This document shows, in pieces, positions 25,253-38,620 of a stretch of 64,000 bases of DNA. The stretch's first letter is position 1; the number at the start of each line of letters is the position of its first letter. The stretch covers positions 55,366,001 to 55,430,000 of the forward strand of contig OZ024745.1 in the NCBI GenBank assembly GCA_964016885.1. The letters are read 5' to 3'. The translations under genes and the position numbers were made by a program. A model generated the notes under the pieces. It was not told the origin of the DNA and searched no databases. It saw nothing but the letters and a program-made list of their open reading frames with translations. This DNA comes from Eledone cirrhosa. Lineage: Eukaryota.

Positions 25253-25604
25253 ACAAACCTGCAGAATTGCCAAAACTATTAATGTGTAAATACACTAAAA
25301 TAATATTTTTCATGTTGGGAATTTCGCGCATCATAGTGCGCATTGCACGAAAAGATATTATTTTACAGAAATTTCTCTTTGACGCAATATTTTATATATC
25401 TTCAAAAGTGATCAGTTAGTTACCATTCATAGCCAGTTCACTAGAGTTTATTTCCGTTGATATCACTTAATAGGCCTAGTCTGCCCTTTTTTTGTAAATA
25501 CACACAAATGAACTTGAAGAGAAACATTCACGGATACACAGGCAACCGATCTAAATTGCTCACCTCTCTCTATCTCTGTTTCTGTTACTTCACTTTACTC
25601 TCTC

Positions 25605-25670
<66 letters not shown>

Positions 25671-26412
25671 TCTCTCTATTTCTCTCACTCTCTCTGATGC
25701 ACACACAAATATGTATTTCTCTAATAACAATTTCAAGCATTTAGTGCTGTATTGTTCTTGAATCTTCATTTTCATACACGAGTCTAAGAATATTTTCACC
25801 AGGTCAGTACATTCTGACTGACTTATTTCCTGCTATGTTTCTATTTATAACTCTTATTTAATTTGTTCCAATTTATCGCCGCTGTAATATTTGGCAGTTA
25901 AGGGCAAATGTGCGTGATGTTATAGAGTTCAATATTACACTTGCAATTGATAAATACCATTATGGAATACGTTTGTTAAAAGATGGCAGAAAATGCTTAT
26001 AAGATTCCATTTGTATCTCCTACTTAACAAGTCCACAAGGCTATAAACCACTTCCCTTCATATTAAAAGGTATAAATATTTCTATACGTTTCATTGTCCT
26101 CTAGCGTTTCAGAGGATGAGATTGAGAAGTTTCCCATCATAAAGATTCAAATATTTCTTTCTTTCAATAATTTGCAAATATGATTCGATGTTCTTCCATC
26201 TTGTCATGAAAACTTTTATTTTATATACAAGCTATTTACATTTTCCGTGCAATGTATATTACAACTGTGTGATGTTTGAACGTTTCATCAGAAAAGCTGG
26301 GCGAAAACAGCATTTTGCCACCAAGCATCTTAATTTGATATTCTCTTAACTATAATACTAATGGAAATAACGAGAAACGACCATTTTATTTCAGCCACCC
26401 TCATTCGTATCG

Positions 26413-26940
<528 letters not shown>

Positions 26941-27404
26941 TGTAACATTTTGCGTATTAGCGCAATATGAACGTTTGTACTATTTGACTATATAATATTG
27001 CTACACCTAATTTTAATAAATAGTAGTATTAGAACTAGTATCATCTTTATTATTATCTTTAGCGATTGACCTATGTGCTATATGTTTCTTGTTTTGATTT
27101 ATTTGAACAGTTGTTTGTTGAAAGGCTATTGTTAAACAGGGGACATAAGACACCAGTATTTGCCCAGAATAATGGAGATACCGAAATCTAGGGGTCAACG
27201 ACCCACATATTTAAGCTTAATATTTTTGCATTTCACTGACTTAAGCATTTTTAAAATGTGAGAACATGCCCCTACTTTGCGACATAGAGATGAGAAAGAA
27301 ATTTGCACGACGGGTCCGATCGATACAGATCGAAGTTTGAGCTGATAAATCGCCAAACGTGCGTCGCACCTCAATAAATGTAATGAAAATGTAACACCTC
27401 ATCC

Positions 27405-27745
<341 letters not shown>

Positions 27746-27957
27746 CAATGTTCAATGAAGGTATGGCACTCTTCTGACAAGAAGTAGCAACGAAGATGTA
27801 AGCATATGTGTCCGTTTGTGTAACTAGAGTAGCAGGCACTAGATGTTGTTGCAAATACTCTCGTGTTTGCTTGTATTCCAGAGTTAAGACGGCTGTAGTG
27901 TGCAGAATGTAAATAACAGTAAATAAAATCGAAGTATGTATGTATGTAACAATTATT

Positions 27958-28048
27958 GGCATATTACAATCGTTTCGATATGTAACCAGTCAGGGTAGAA
28001 TCCTCATCACGGGGCTCGACTCTTCCTTGTGATCTCATCAGATATGCC
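27958..28048 (-). ncRNA. Hammerhead ribozyme with large stem II insertion
   Basis: Reverse complement reads ggcatat-CTGATGA-gat..(~52 nt)..atc-GAAA-cgattg-TA-atatgcc. Stem I is a perfect 7 bp; triplet GUA. Confidence 0.85.
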
Positions 28049-28102
28049 TGTTTTTATGTGCAACGTCAAATGTGTGTATATGTGAGTGTTTCCGTATGTT
28101 AT

Positions 28103-28290
28103 GGTGGATTGGCACTATCGGTAGAGAGTCGGCCGCCATGCTTTGACGCATAGAGTTACGGCCCTTGCCATTCTGAGTTCAAATATCGCCGAGGTTAATT
28201 TGCCTTTCATCTTTACGGGGTCGATAAAATAAAGTACCAGTAATACACTCGGTATTTGCTGGCCTTGTGCCAAAAGTAGAAATAATTATT
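28103..28290 (+). mobile_element. tRNA-derived SINE, near full length
   Basis: Colinear with 3956-4143 and 24260-24416. Confidence 0.85.
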
Positions 28291-30103
28291 ACTTTTCTCT
28301 AAGCGGATGTTATTACTTTTCTCTAAGCGTAGCAAGTCGCTAGAATTAGATCACTCCGATATGTAATACCCAGCATGCCAACCGTCTTATAATTGCAAAA
28401 TACCAAATTATGAGATACTCTATATGTTTGCATGTTTGTATATGCCAGTGAACGTGTCAAGTGTGTTCCTGTGTGTCTGTATATATGTATTTCTGTGTGT
28501 GTGTGTGCATGTGTGTGTTCTGCGTTCAATTTATATATATATATATATAAATATGATAAAGAACACAAGAGCGTCTACAACATCAAAAGATTTTTATTGG
28601 CTTACAATGTTTCTTCCTTACGTAACCGTATATATGTGCCACTAATTCTATTAATTTGACGGTGCCGTTTGACATGCACCACGTGCTCACTTTATTTTCA
28701 TATGTCCCTAGCATGAGATGTTTTGAAAAGAGTTTCAATAGAGAATATATTAACACTATATTTATTTGAATAATATATCCCCTGTTTATAATCTGTATGC
28801 ATACATACAAAGACGTTTCTTATTTTCAATAATCCATGTAAGTAAATATTTGCTATCAATTGCATGAAATGAATCATTGTATTAATCAAGAGGCTGTTGA
28901 CGAAAAGGATATTTACTGATGATTCATATACAGTGAAGTAAATCAATACTCATCGACATTCTATGGATTACTAATATATATATATGAATTAGAATATTTC
29001 TTATAATCACAAAATGTTAATTATAATATAAATAAATAATTATATTATTATATACATAGAAAATATGAAAATGCATTATGCTTTTGTTCATATAAATAGT
29101 TGTGCTGAATATGTTAACGTATAGATGTTAAGTTTAACCATACACTTTAAAGGTGCGTGGTTATACATGGATAATAAGTCTGAAATTCCACAATGTTAGA
29201 TTAGAGTATTGCTTACAATCAATGATACTATATCAAGAAGGCGTGCTGCTAAATTATATAAGCTCAATAGTAGCACATCGGTGAATTGCACAAAATTAAA
29301 TAAAGCCTGGAGTAAACAGTGTTAATTTGAAATTTACTCGCAGAATAAATCACCATAAAAGACAATTGCATTTTATTCTGGAACAATACTTTATCGAACA
29401 GCAATAATTAAGTATTTATGCAGATCTCTCGTACGATACTACTGAAGACATTTATGAGATTATATATAACTGGTTATATTAACAATATCTACACGCCCTT
29501 TTTAAACTCACGCATGTATATATTTGTTGTTATAGTCTACTACGTTTAGAATTGACATTTATGGTATTGTAAATGAAAGCTTATATGATTCAGATAGGAT
29601 ATTTTCATATTTGTAACATAATATGATAATTTTCAGCATGATATATTGTAGAAATTCAATGTACTAATAATCAGTTTTGAAGTTGCTTTAGTGATCTGTT
29701 GTATATCGTAGAGCCTCAAATGTAGGATAAATTATATCTTTTACGAAATAATATAAATGTATATAAGATTATATAGAATCAAGGAAATATTAAATAAATA
29801 ATACTTTCTAGACACCCAGTAATTCTTCACCGGTACTGCGTTATAGCACACTCACACACAGACACAAACATACAAACACACAAACACATTTCACACACAT
29901 ACATATCTATCTATCTATCTAAATCTATATTTATATATGTATAAACGAAGAGAGAAGGGGAGAGAGAAAGGGAGATGGGGAGAGGGACATATATAAAGAT
30001 AGACAGATAGGTAGTAGAGAAATATCTTCACATAAATTTGAAGAAAATAGATAGATGAATGAGTGCACATTTTTGTTTTGTTTTGACTTCTTTCTTTACT
30101 TAC

Positions 30104-30174
30104 TTGTTCTTGTACTTGTGTCGGCATTCATCCTGGACGGGTTGAGCCGGCTTCTTCCCTTGTCCTGACGGCAT
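30104..30174 (-). CDS. Candidate first coding exon of an unidentified host gene (MPSGQGKKPAQPVQDECRHKYKN..)
   Basis: Locally GC-rich, ATG with G at -3, open for 23 codons plus 2 nt, followed by a consensus donor GTAAGT (30103-30098). No homology recognised. Confidence 0.3.
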
Positions 30175-31125
30175 CGCGAACCATTTCTTTCTTTAACAAT
30201 ATACGATTCAATTATGTGTGCAATCAGCAATATACCATTTGAGCAAATTAATCTTACATTGTAAGATAATATTTCCTTTGTGTTTGAAATATGTTTTGTA
30301 TCATTTGTGCCTATACGATGAAACGTATACAGTGTTTCTGTGTAAGAGTTCAATTTGGAAAACATCTATATTCTCTTCCCATGAAGAAAGTTATATGTTT
30401 TGGCGATGGTCAGGAGGATTTACTGTACATTTAATATGTCTTCCATTCGTATAAATAAGACGCGTTTCTCCAAAGTGTTTTGGAGATACATTTTTTTCTA
30501 GGATGGGTTACGAACGCTGCTTTGTTGAGATCGGTAGTTTTTTCTAACGCACTGCCAATAAGCCTGTGTATGCGCATTAAGAGTAGCTTCTGATAAGAAT
30601 GCATTTCTATTTCAAACATGTTCAAAGGCATCGACTGTTAAATGAGCATGCATTTTTATCAGAGAACTCATATTACCTTCTTTATGTGCATTGGGGTGTG
30701 TGTGTTCTACTACAATTGATTCTTCCTAGGTTTGCCAAATGTTCTAATGGCAAATTTAGTAACGACATGGCTTGACAGTTTAATGTTATTTCTCTTGGCT
30801 ATCGCATTGCTTTGCTGATGATGACGATGCATTTTAGATAGTGAGAAGAATGTCTTATCAATTGGTGAGGTGACATCAGCGTCGTATGTAGGGTTCCTCC
30901 AGATAATTCTATAGGTACAGCATTGTCCACAGGGACCACTATTGTCTGGAAGGAGGTATGGTGATTGCACCTTGATTCCGCTCTGATTAAAGCCAAAATG
31001 TTGTAAGAGACAAGAACCCAAATGATCTATTTATGTTGCTGATGCGTGGCATTATGCAATGATATATTTTGCATCAATTGTCTTGTTAATATCCCTCTCT
31101 CTCTATGTCTCTCTTTGTCTCTCCA

Positions 31126-31171
<46 letters not shown>

Positions 31172-31312
31172 ACTCTCTCTATATATATACATGTCTGTTT
31201 AGATATGTGTGTGTGAGTGTGTGTGTGTATGTACAGGTGCGTATACACAAGCACATACAAATGCTCACATGCATACACACATACAGGCATACACTGATAT
31301 ATATATATATAT

Positions 31313-31993
31313 TACGTGGTCGGGGACTGTAGAAGCAGTTTAGGTATGATATATCTTAATACTAATTATATCTAATGTTTCTTCTCTCTTCATATTGTAT
31401 TATATAGCTCTGATACTGAATTAGTCTAATCCATTCGGATTGGTTTGTCCCAGTTATTCATAGAGCAACATCGGTTGAGGTTGGTACCACTAACTAAGGG
31501 ATATATGTGGATATATTCATGTGTATGTATGTGTCCGCATGTATCTGTGTGTTTCTCTATATATTGTTTATAACTCCCTTTGGTCGAATAACCTTTGAAG
31601 TGTAGTGACTGCTGGATAGCTACCATTACTCATACTTCTCGACTCCTCAAACCACCTCTTCTACGGCTTTAATATAAATACCCCCTCCGCCTCCGTGGTA
31701 TTTTTTTCAGGGTTATAAGGGGCTTAGCTCTGTTTCTTGACCGCTGTATCACGTGATTGACTACCCCTCTGCCTTTTCGAGATTCTATCTCGCGCATCAC
31801 AGACGTGTTTTGAAACCCTTAATGAGGTATCCTCTTGATAAGTCGGCAGACCTCACAAAAACTCTATATCTCTATGATGTAGTGTTTTTGCATAATATGC
31901 CATGAAACTATGTAGTCGGGGACTATAGAGGCAGTTTAGGTATGATATATCTTATTACTAATTATATCTAATGTTTCTTCTCTCTTCATAATG

Positions 31994-32000
<7 letters not shown>
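31313..32000 (+). mobile_element. ~600-bp unit with ~90-bp direct terminal repeats, between (TA)n tracts
   Basis: 31313-31405 matches 31910-32002. Degenerate HHR at 31816-31921 (ccc-TTAATGA..GAAA-ctatgtag-TC-gggg). Confidence 0.65.
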
Positions 32001-32043
<43 letters not shown>

Positions 32044-32109
32044 ATATATATGTTTATATATATATATATACAATAAAGATGAAATAAAGATGGTTATAAG
32101 ATTTCCATA

Positions 32110-32181
32110 TATTTTATTATACGTATTTCGAATACAAAATCATCCTGGGACAGATGTTATGTTCTCTTCAGATACAAAATA
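32110..32181 (-). ncRNA. Hammerhead ribozyme in solo pLTR-like fragment (~32075-32350)
   Basis: Reverse complement reads tattttgtat-CTGAAGA-gaacataacatc..gatgattttgtattc-GAAA-tacgta-TA-ataaaata; helix III palindrome ATACGTAT. The flank resembles the PLE pLTR (gatggtta..ttcca..tattttatta). Confidence 0.85.
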
Positions 32182-32362
32182 AGGTACAATGATATGAGGT
32201 ATAATAGCACATGTTTATAGGAAAATGCTAAGTCTACCTATAACAGAAATATATGTGTTAATACTATAGTAAGAAATAGATAGGAAAATAGAAGAACAGG
32301 AAAGAAGAAGAGAAAAAGGGAAAAAGAAAGAGAAGAAAGAAAAAAACAAGACAAATACATAC

Positions 32363-32407
<45 letters not shown>

Positions 32408-33253
32408 CATGTATATATACATTCTTTCATACATTCATTAATACATACAAAATATATACATAAAATATACATACACACATAAAAATATACGTGCCTAGAT
32501 GCATTCACAAATTCATACAAAGTTCTTACATCTGTGGACTGTATATGGAATTATATATTGAAAAGAATATGCCAAAGTGTGATATTTTCTGATGATGGCA
32601 TGTGGAGTAAATACTGCAAAATATAATCACCATAATGATTACCACACTTTCTGAAATCCCTAATCGATTCCATTGGCTATATTTTCTATTGTTTTTCAAA
32701 CAAAACATTATCGATACGAAGACTTCACATGTTTATTTCCGATATATTCTCTTTGTAAACCTCATTCCAGTTCTCACGAGATGACGTTTATCTTTATGAG
32801 GTCACTGATCCGTATTGCTGTGTATTATATCTCAATATAAACACGTTGCTTGATAGTCAGTATCACACACCCGAATATCATTCCCTGATGATATTCTGCT
32901 AAAATATCTTAAATAAAAAATCGATATACTTCTCCATTTTCTGAATCATAGCTGTCGATTCTGATAATGAATAAAAAATAAAAAAATAAAAAAATAAATA
33001 AAATACAATTTAATTGAAATCTAACATGACAATATCTATGAAAGTACATGACAGCCTTTGATGGTAGGGTGCATTTGATATATAATAATTGTTTAAATAT
33101 TGCATATGTTGACGATCTTATTTATAAATGTGGTCTAATGTATTTTTCTATGTAAAATATCAACTTCGTTTCAAGGTTGCCTTGTTGCTGTATGACTGTA
33201 TGCTGTACTACTCATATGACTGCGGTAACAATATCAACAACAACAACGTCAAT

Positions 33254-33292
<39 letters not shown>

Positions 33293-33559
33293 GGCCCAAA
33301 ATTAATATATCATTTCCACAAACACCCGAGAAGGAAGAGACATATACCACAGTGAGACAGTTTCTGTAGCATTACAGAATAGAATTTTGTATACAGTAAC
33401 TTTATTAATAATTTGAGAACAATATAACAAATCAAGTGCAGAAAAATGTGCCAAAATTGTACTTACTCTTTTAACTGTTCCAGCCATCCCGCCGAGGCCC
33501 TGCTGTGGCGTATCCCTTGATGCTACATGTTGTTCTCTCACCAGCTTGTGCTGGTTGGT

Positions 33560-33810
33560 CATTAGTGTTAGAGGGAGTTCGTTGTTGTTGCCCTTAGGTT
33601 ACCTTTGTTATTTTATGTGGGCTCATCTGGAATCCTGGATATCAGAATGTCAAGATGTTTCTTAAAAACATGCACGTCCACACCATGCAGATCTCTCAAA
33701 TTCCTTGACAGATTGTTCATAAGTTGAGGTGCTTTGAACCCCAGGCTATTGTATATCTACTCTTTATTCTGGATGTGAAAGACGGAACCTTTGGAAACCC
33801 CATTGTGATG
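33560..33810 (-). mobile_element. CR1/L2-group LINE 3' fragment
   Basis: The minus strand encodes ..NSLGFKAPQLMNNLSRNLRDLHGVDVHVFKKHLDILISRIPDEP, a typical CR1-type ORF2 C-terminus. Confidence 0.7.
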
Positions 33811-34160
33811 TCCTCTTCGTGGGTCATATCTGTTATTGTATCTATTTGCTATGAATTATTATTGATATCGAACACATACTCTTTAAAATGTTATTGGGAA
33901 CGACGTTCTCAGGTTAATTAGAGCAAGGATGTTAAATACAATACACATTAATACATTCAACTCTGTGTGATTAAGAAAATGAAATGAGTATTCGCCTGAT
34001 TTTGTCGTGCTTAAAATTGCCTTACCTCGGACATGTTACAAAAGAAAGAGAAGCATAGAGAGAGCAATGGTGAAGATAGAGAAGGTAAATATATGTTTGG
34101 TTACGTATGTAATTGTGAGTGGGATGACTATGTGCAAGTGAACCTAAACAGCCCATGTGT

Positions 34161-34218
<58 letters not shown>

Positions 34219-34225
34219 GAAGTTA

Positions 34226-35046
34226 TAGTTCACTATAAGCATTGTGTAATGAGGTATACATGTTTGTATTTGTAAAGCCAAAACAATGTAGGTATGGATA
34301 TAGAATATAAATGCAAATACAAAAGATATTGTTGATAATTAGTCTTTTACCTTAAATTTATTTAAACATCCTTAATTTTCGAGATAATATCTCTTCTTCG
34401 AAGGGAAGTAAAGTTGTTAAACCAGCGTTCTAAATAGCTTGCCAAGTCATGCTGACAGGAAATGCTATAGAGAATCTCTTCTATCTCTAATGTCAAAGAG
34501 TGAAGGTTAGTTGGATAAAGAGTAGTCTCCCTTCAAAAGGGACTGTGTACATGTATGTTTAAGTGCGTGGGAGAATACGTGGAGATGTAAGTATGTGTGT
34601 GTGTGTGAATGTGAGAATATATGTCTATACGTAAGTGTGGGGGATGGATACTGGTCTTTGTGTGTGTATGTTTGTGTGTGAGAGAATAAGTGGAGGTGTA
34701 AGCGCCCGTGTGTGTGTGTGTGTGTGTGTGAGTGCGTGTGCATGTGTGTGAGAGGTGGGGTGTAAGTATGGGGCTTGGTGCTCTATCAAGTTATAAATTG
34801 GGTGTTCAGTTCTAGTCTATTATTGATTGGTGGTTGTATTTTGTCTATAATCAGTGCTTCCTTAATTCTAAGATTGCCGAGGTTTCTTTCCTTACATTCT
34901 ATCATCCGAAGAAGAGATATTATCTCAAAAAATTAAGGATATTTAAATAAATTTAAGGTAAAAGACTAGTTGTCAACAATATCTCTTGCATTTTCATTCA
35001 TATTCTATAACCATACCTGCATTGTTTTGGCTTTACAAATACAAAC

Positions 35047-35050
<4 letters not shown>
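34226..35050 (-). mobile_element. Heavily truncated Penelope-like element (second lineage) with inverted pLTR, within (TA)n
   Basis: Minus strand ~34900-34785 encodes ECKERNLGNLRIKEALIIDKIQPPINNRLELN (GIY-YIG C-terminal E..N motif). 34262-34400 is the reverse complement of 34907-35046. Minimal HHR-like motifs at 34367-34406 (-) and 34901-34940 (+). Confidence 0.8.
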
Positions 35051-35084
<34 letters not shown>

Positions 35085-35085
<1 letters not shown>

Positions 35086-35267
35086 CCAGCACTGTCTCTC
35101 CACCACTCCCCTACACACCCTTTGAACTCTGTTCCCACACACTTCTCACCTGAGGAAGGGCTTATGCCCGAAACGTCGTTCCCCACCACCACCTCACTCT
35201 CCAGAGCGTGAAATTAATAAACAATCGTTGTACTGCCTCTCTGTTAGGTTCCTGTTCAAATTTTTCC

Positions 35268-35270
<3 letters not shown>
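35085..35270 (+). mobile_element. ~185-bp solo HHR mini-element flanked by (TA)n
   Basis: Contains a minimal HHR and a downstream AATAAA; (TA)n lies directly on both sides. Confidence 0.8.
35148..35179 (+). ncRNA. Minimal Penelope-type hammerhead ribozyme
   Basis: ac-CTGAGGA-a-gggc ttat gccc-GAAA-cg-TC-gt; helix III palindrome ACGT, triplet GUC. Confidence 0.88.
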
Positions 35271-35306
<36 letters not shown>

Positions 35307-35317
35307 ACATATATATA

Positions 35318-35357
<40 letters not shown>

Positions 35358-35361
<4 letters not shown>

Positions 35362-35480
35362 AACAATGAATAAAAACAAAGAACAAGTTCTTTATATTAA
35401 AAAATTCATCATTTTACGTTCGTAAAATGATGAATTTTTAATATAAGGAACTTGTTCTTTGTTTTTATTCATTGTTTTTA
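35358..35480. repeat. ~58-bp-arm palindrome adjoining (TA)n
   Basis: taaaaacaatgaataaaaacaaagaacaagttc..catcatttt acgttcgt aaaatgatg..gaacttgttctttgtttttattcattgttttta. Confidence 0.85.
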
Positions 35481-35640
35481 TTAATTTATCTTGACTCTGT
35501 TTTCCTATGATTTTCATCGAAAACTTTTGAATGCATCTTCCCTTTTCATGATATTTGATTACATTGAGTTCTTCATACGGATTGGACACTACCGTATATT
35601 TTGGTAGATTTATCTCTCTCTCTCTTTCTCTCTCTATATA

Positions 35641-35708
<68 letters not shown>

Positions 35709-35840
35709 TAGTTCCATAGTTCCACAACACTTAATACAACATTTCCGAGAACAATTTCTTTCACATCAAAAGGATCATCATCACGGTTTAAATAAGATAA
35801 CGCGGGGAAGGAAAACTATAGCACTAATATCTCAGTTAAA

Positions 35841-35882
35841 CCGAGCTGATGATCAGTTTGAGGCGAAACAGACTGTTCTCGG
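35841..35882 (+). ncRNA. Hammerhead ribozyme (diverged inverted partner at 35745-35786)
   Basis: ccgag-CTGATGA-tcagtttgaggc-GAAA-cagactg-TT-ctcgg; stem II imperfect. Confidence 0.75.
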
Positions 35883-35987
35883 AAATAGTTCTCTTAAATG
35901 GCTCTGTTGTGTATCTAATTCTCCCAAATTCGAACCATTGACTGAGTGCTCTACTCCTGCGTATATAACCAACCACCGTTCCACCAC

Positions 35988-36040
<53 letters not shown>

Positions 36041-37923
36041 TAAATGAAAAGTATAGAAATTATTGTAGCAAGAAGACAACATTATTCCATAATATATAAG
36101 TGACTATAGCGTCAAAATGGAAAAATAGTTAACGTAAGATGTGGGAAAATAATTCAAACTCAATTCAAAATGAATCAGGATATAGATTCATCCACAGAAT
36201 TTGGTGAAATCCAGGAAAAAATCAATAAAGCCTTAACTCAGAATAAAATAAAGTTAAAAATACTCATCCTTCAATTTGGAAAAACTACAATGCTCTGTCT
36301 TAAAGTCTATTTTACGATAGTCTTAAAGTCTATTTCACGAAACTTTCAGTGGGGATGGTCACGGTTGGAATCGATCATCAGACCTCAACGACACGATAAC
36401 CAAAGACCCACTGTTTATAATGTGCCAAAAAGGGAATTTAAAAGCAGGCTAGTTCAACATCATGCGTAATTATGAAGAAAAACGCACATGTAGAGACAGG
36501 GCTGGTGACGTCGGAATGAGACGAATGTCTGTTTACATGAAACAACAGTCAAAAATATTCCGAAAAAAAACTCTACAATATAAGGAGTTCAGCAAAAGCT
36601 ATATTATCGCGGTTTTTTTTAAAAAAAGACCGGGATTAGTCACAAATAATTTTAAGCGCTCTAGGAAAGAAATCCGAGTATAAATATAAATGAAAAGTAT
36701 AGAAATTATTGTAGCAAGATGCGTATGTATGCATGTATGAGTGTGTGTGTGTGTATGGGTTTAAATCATAAAATATTATGTTAATGCGGAATCATATTTC
36801 GACTATCTACAATAAAGACATTGGAATCCTAATCTATATCGCTTCAGTTTTTGCATTGGTTTCCATGACAACCTTGAAAACACTGTGTGTTGTTGGACTT
36901 TTTCCGTTTTCTTTTAAATGCTTCTGAATACTAACTGTTTAATCTAACTTGGATATTGATGATTTTGAGTTCAATATAGTTTGAATATTTGTTATAATTA
37001 ATATACCTTTTCATATATTTCGTAAGCAAAACTTACTTGTTGAGGAAATCACGAGAATACTACCATGTTCTCTGCAACCAATTTCAACTATTGGTTTTTA
37101 AAATATTCGTGATATCATCCCCGTATACGTGTATAATTAAGTGCATTCGTATATACATCTTGGATCAATTATTTTGGGTTATTTCGTATGATATATTTGT
37201 TAGACACGCAGTGACTAACAACAAAATGTTTTAAGTCTGCGTGTGTGACATATATGCGTCACTTGTGAATAAACAATTCAAGGGGTGTCCCTGGCGTGGT
37301 GATGCCTGCCAAATATGTTTTGTAATGTATCCTCTTATTGGCTAATTTCATCGTGTTATTGCCTAATCAACCAACGAGAGTAAATGTTGCTCAAAAGCAT
37401 CCGCCATTTTGTTTGCACGTTTATTTATCGTTTCTCTTTCGAATCTTTCTCCTGTATTTCGTTGTTTTGTCATCAAAATATTTTTCTCGGTTTGGTAAGT
37501 TATATTGATAATTTATATATGATTTTTTTAATTTATATTAACTATTGTTTTTTTCATTCTGTTATAACATACTTATAATATTGGTTGTATCATATTTACT
37601 TCTATATGTGTCCATATTATTGTTCGTTGTATGTAAGATTATTTTATTATTATTATGTTAGACTATTTGTATGTAATATTTAATTTTTATTAATTCAACT
37701 ATAACAATTATTATGTAAAATATATTTATTTTATATTGATTGTTTTTTGTAGTTGTTTATATTATAAGTCTGAAAATATGTTTATACATCTGACAATAAT
37801 ATTTATAAGATCATTTATAAAATAACAATTATATAATCTAATTACATTACAACGATAATTTATTATTAATATATATCATGTTTAACTAGAGTTATTAGAA
37901 CCGTTGCCTTAAAAAAATATTAA

Positions 37924-38190
37924 ACTAGACATGACAAATGCACAAGCTCAAAAGAGCCACAGAATGTTATAATAAACCTTCAAAAGTGTGGGACTAGAGT
38001 TGTTGCTCAAAAATATTGTAATCATTATCTATCGTACATTCTCTGGCATCCTTTATAAAAATATCACAATAAATACATCTAGAGTGTAATGATTACAATA
38101 TTTTTAAGCAACAACCCTAGTCCCACACTTTTGAAGGTTTATTATAACATTCTGTGGCTCTTTTGAGCTTGCGCATTTTTCAGGACTAGT
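37924..38190. mobile_element. MITE-like or fold-back element with ~104-bp inverted arms
   Basis: 37924-38027 is the reverse complement of 38087-38190, with termini ACTAG..CTAGT. Confidence 0.75.
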
Positions 38191-38400
38191 ACAAATATTT
38201 GTAATTCACAGTATATTTGTAACAATAATCCAAATTCAGTAGATATTGCTTAGAAATCGGAGAGAAATATTTAAAATATTTAATGGTTTAAAAATTCATT
38301 TGGCAGAAAATGTAATAGTGATATTTAAGGAGAACTGTGAATTTTGATTTTAGTAGGTACGATAGTGTTTAACATATTTCGAATATATGGTACTATTCAA

Positions 38401-38620
38401 TAAACATTTAGCATTTAAACCGGCCCTATCCGGTCAGAATTCTCTCATCGCTTTTTGTTCAAACCAGCCATAACTGGTCACTCATACTTATGTTAAGGTA
38501 TTGTTCTGCAAATTAGTAATATCAAAATCCCGTAGATTCGATAATATGTGAGATAATTATGTAAGATAAAGCTTTTATCACAACAAATATAATAGAGTAA
38601 TGTAAATGCTAAGTGGATAA
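38401..38620. mobile_element. Degenerate MITE with tttagcattta..taaatgctaa termini
   Basis: Short terminal inverted repeats resembling, from memory, TTAA-site octopus MITEs. Confidence 0.45.

Noticed and set aside
32873-32915. CTGATGA motif (also at 21850)
   Set aside because: No GAAA, NUH or stem I in the right geometry.
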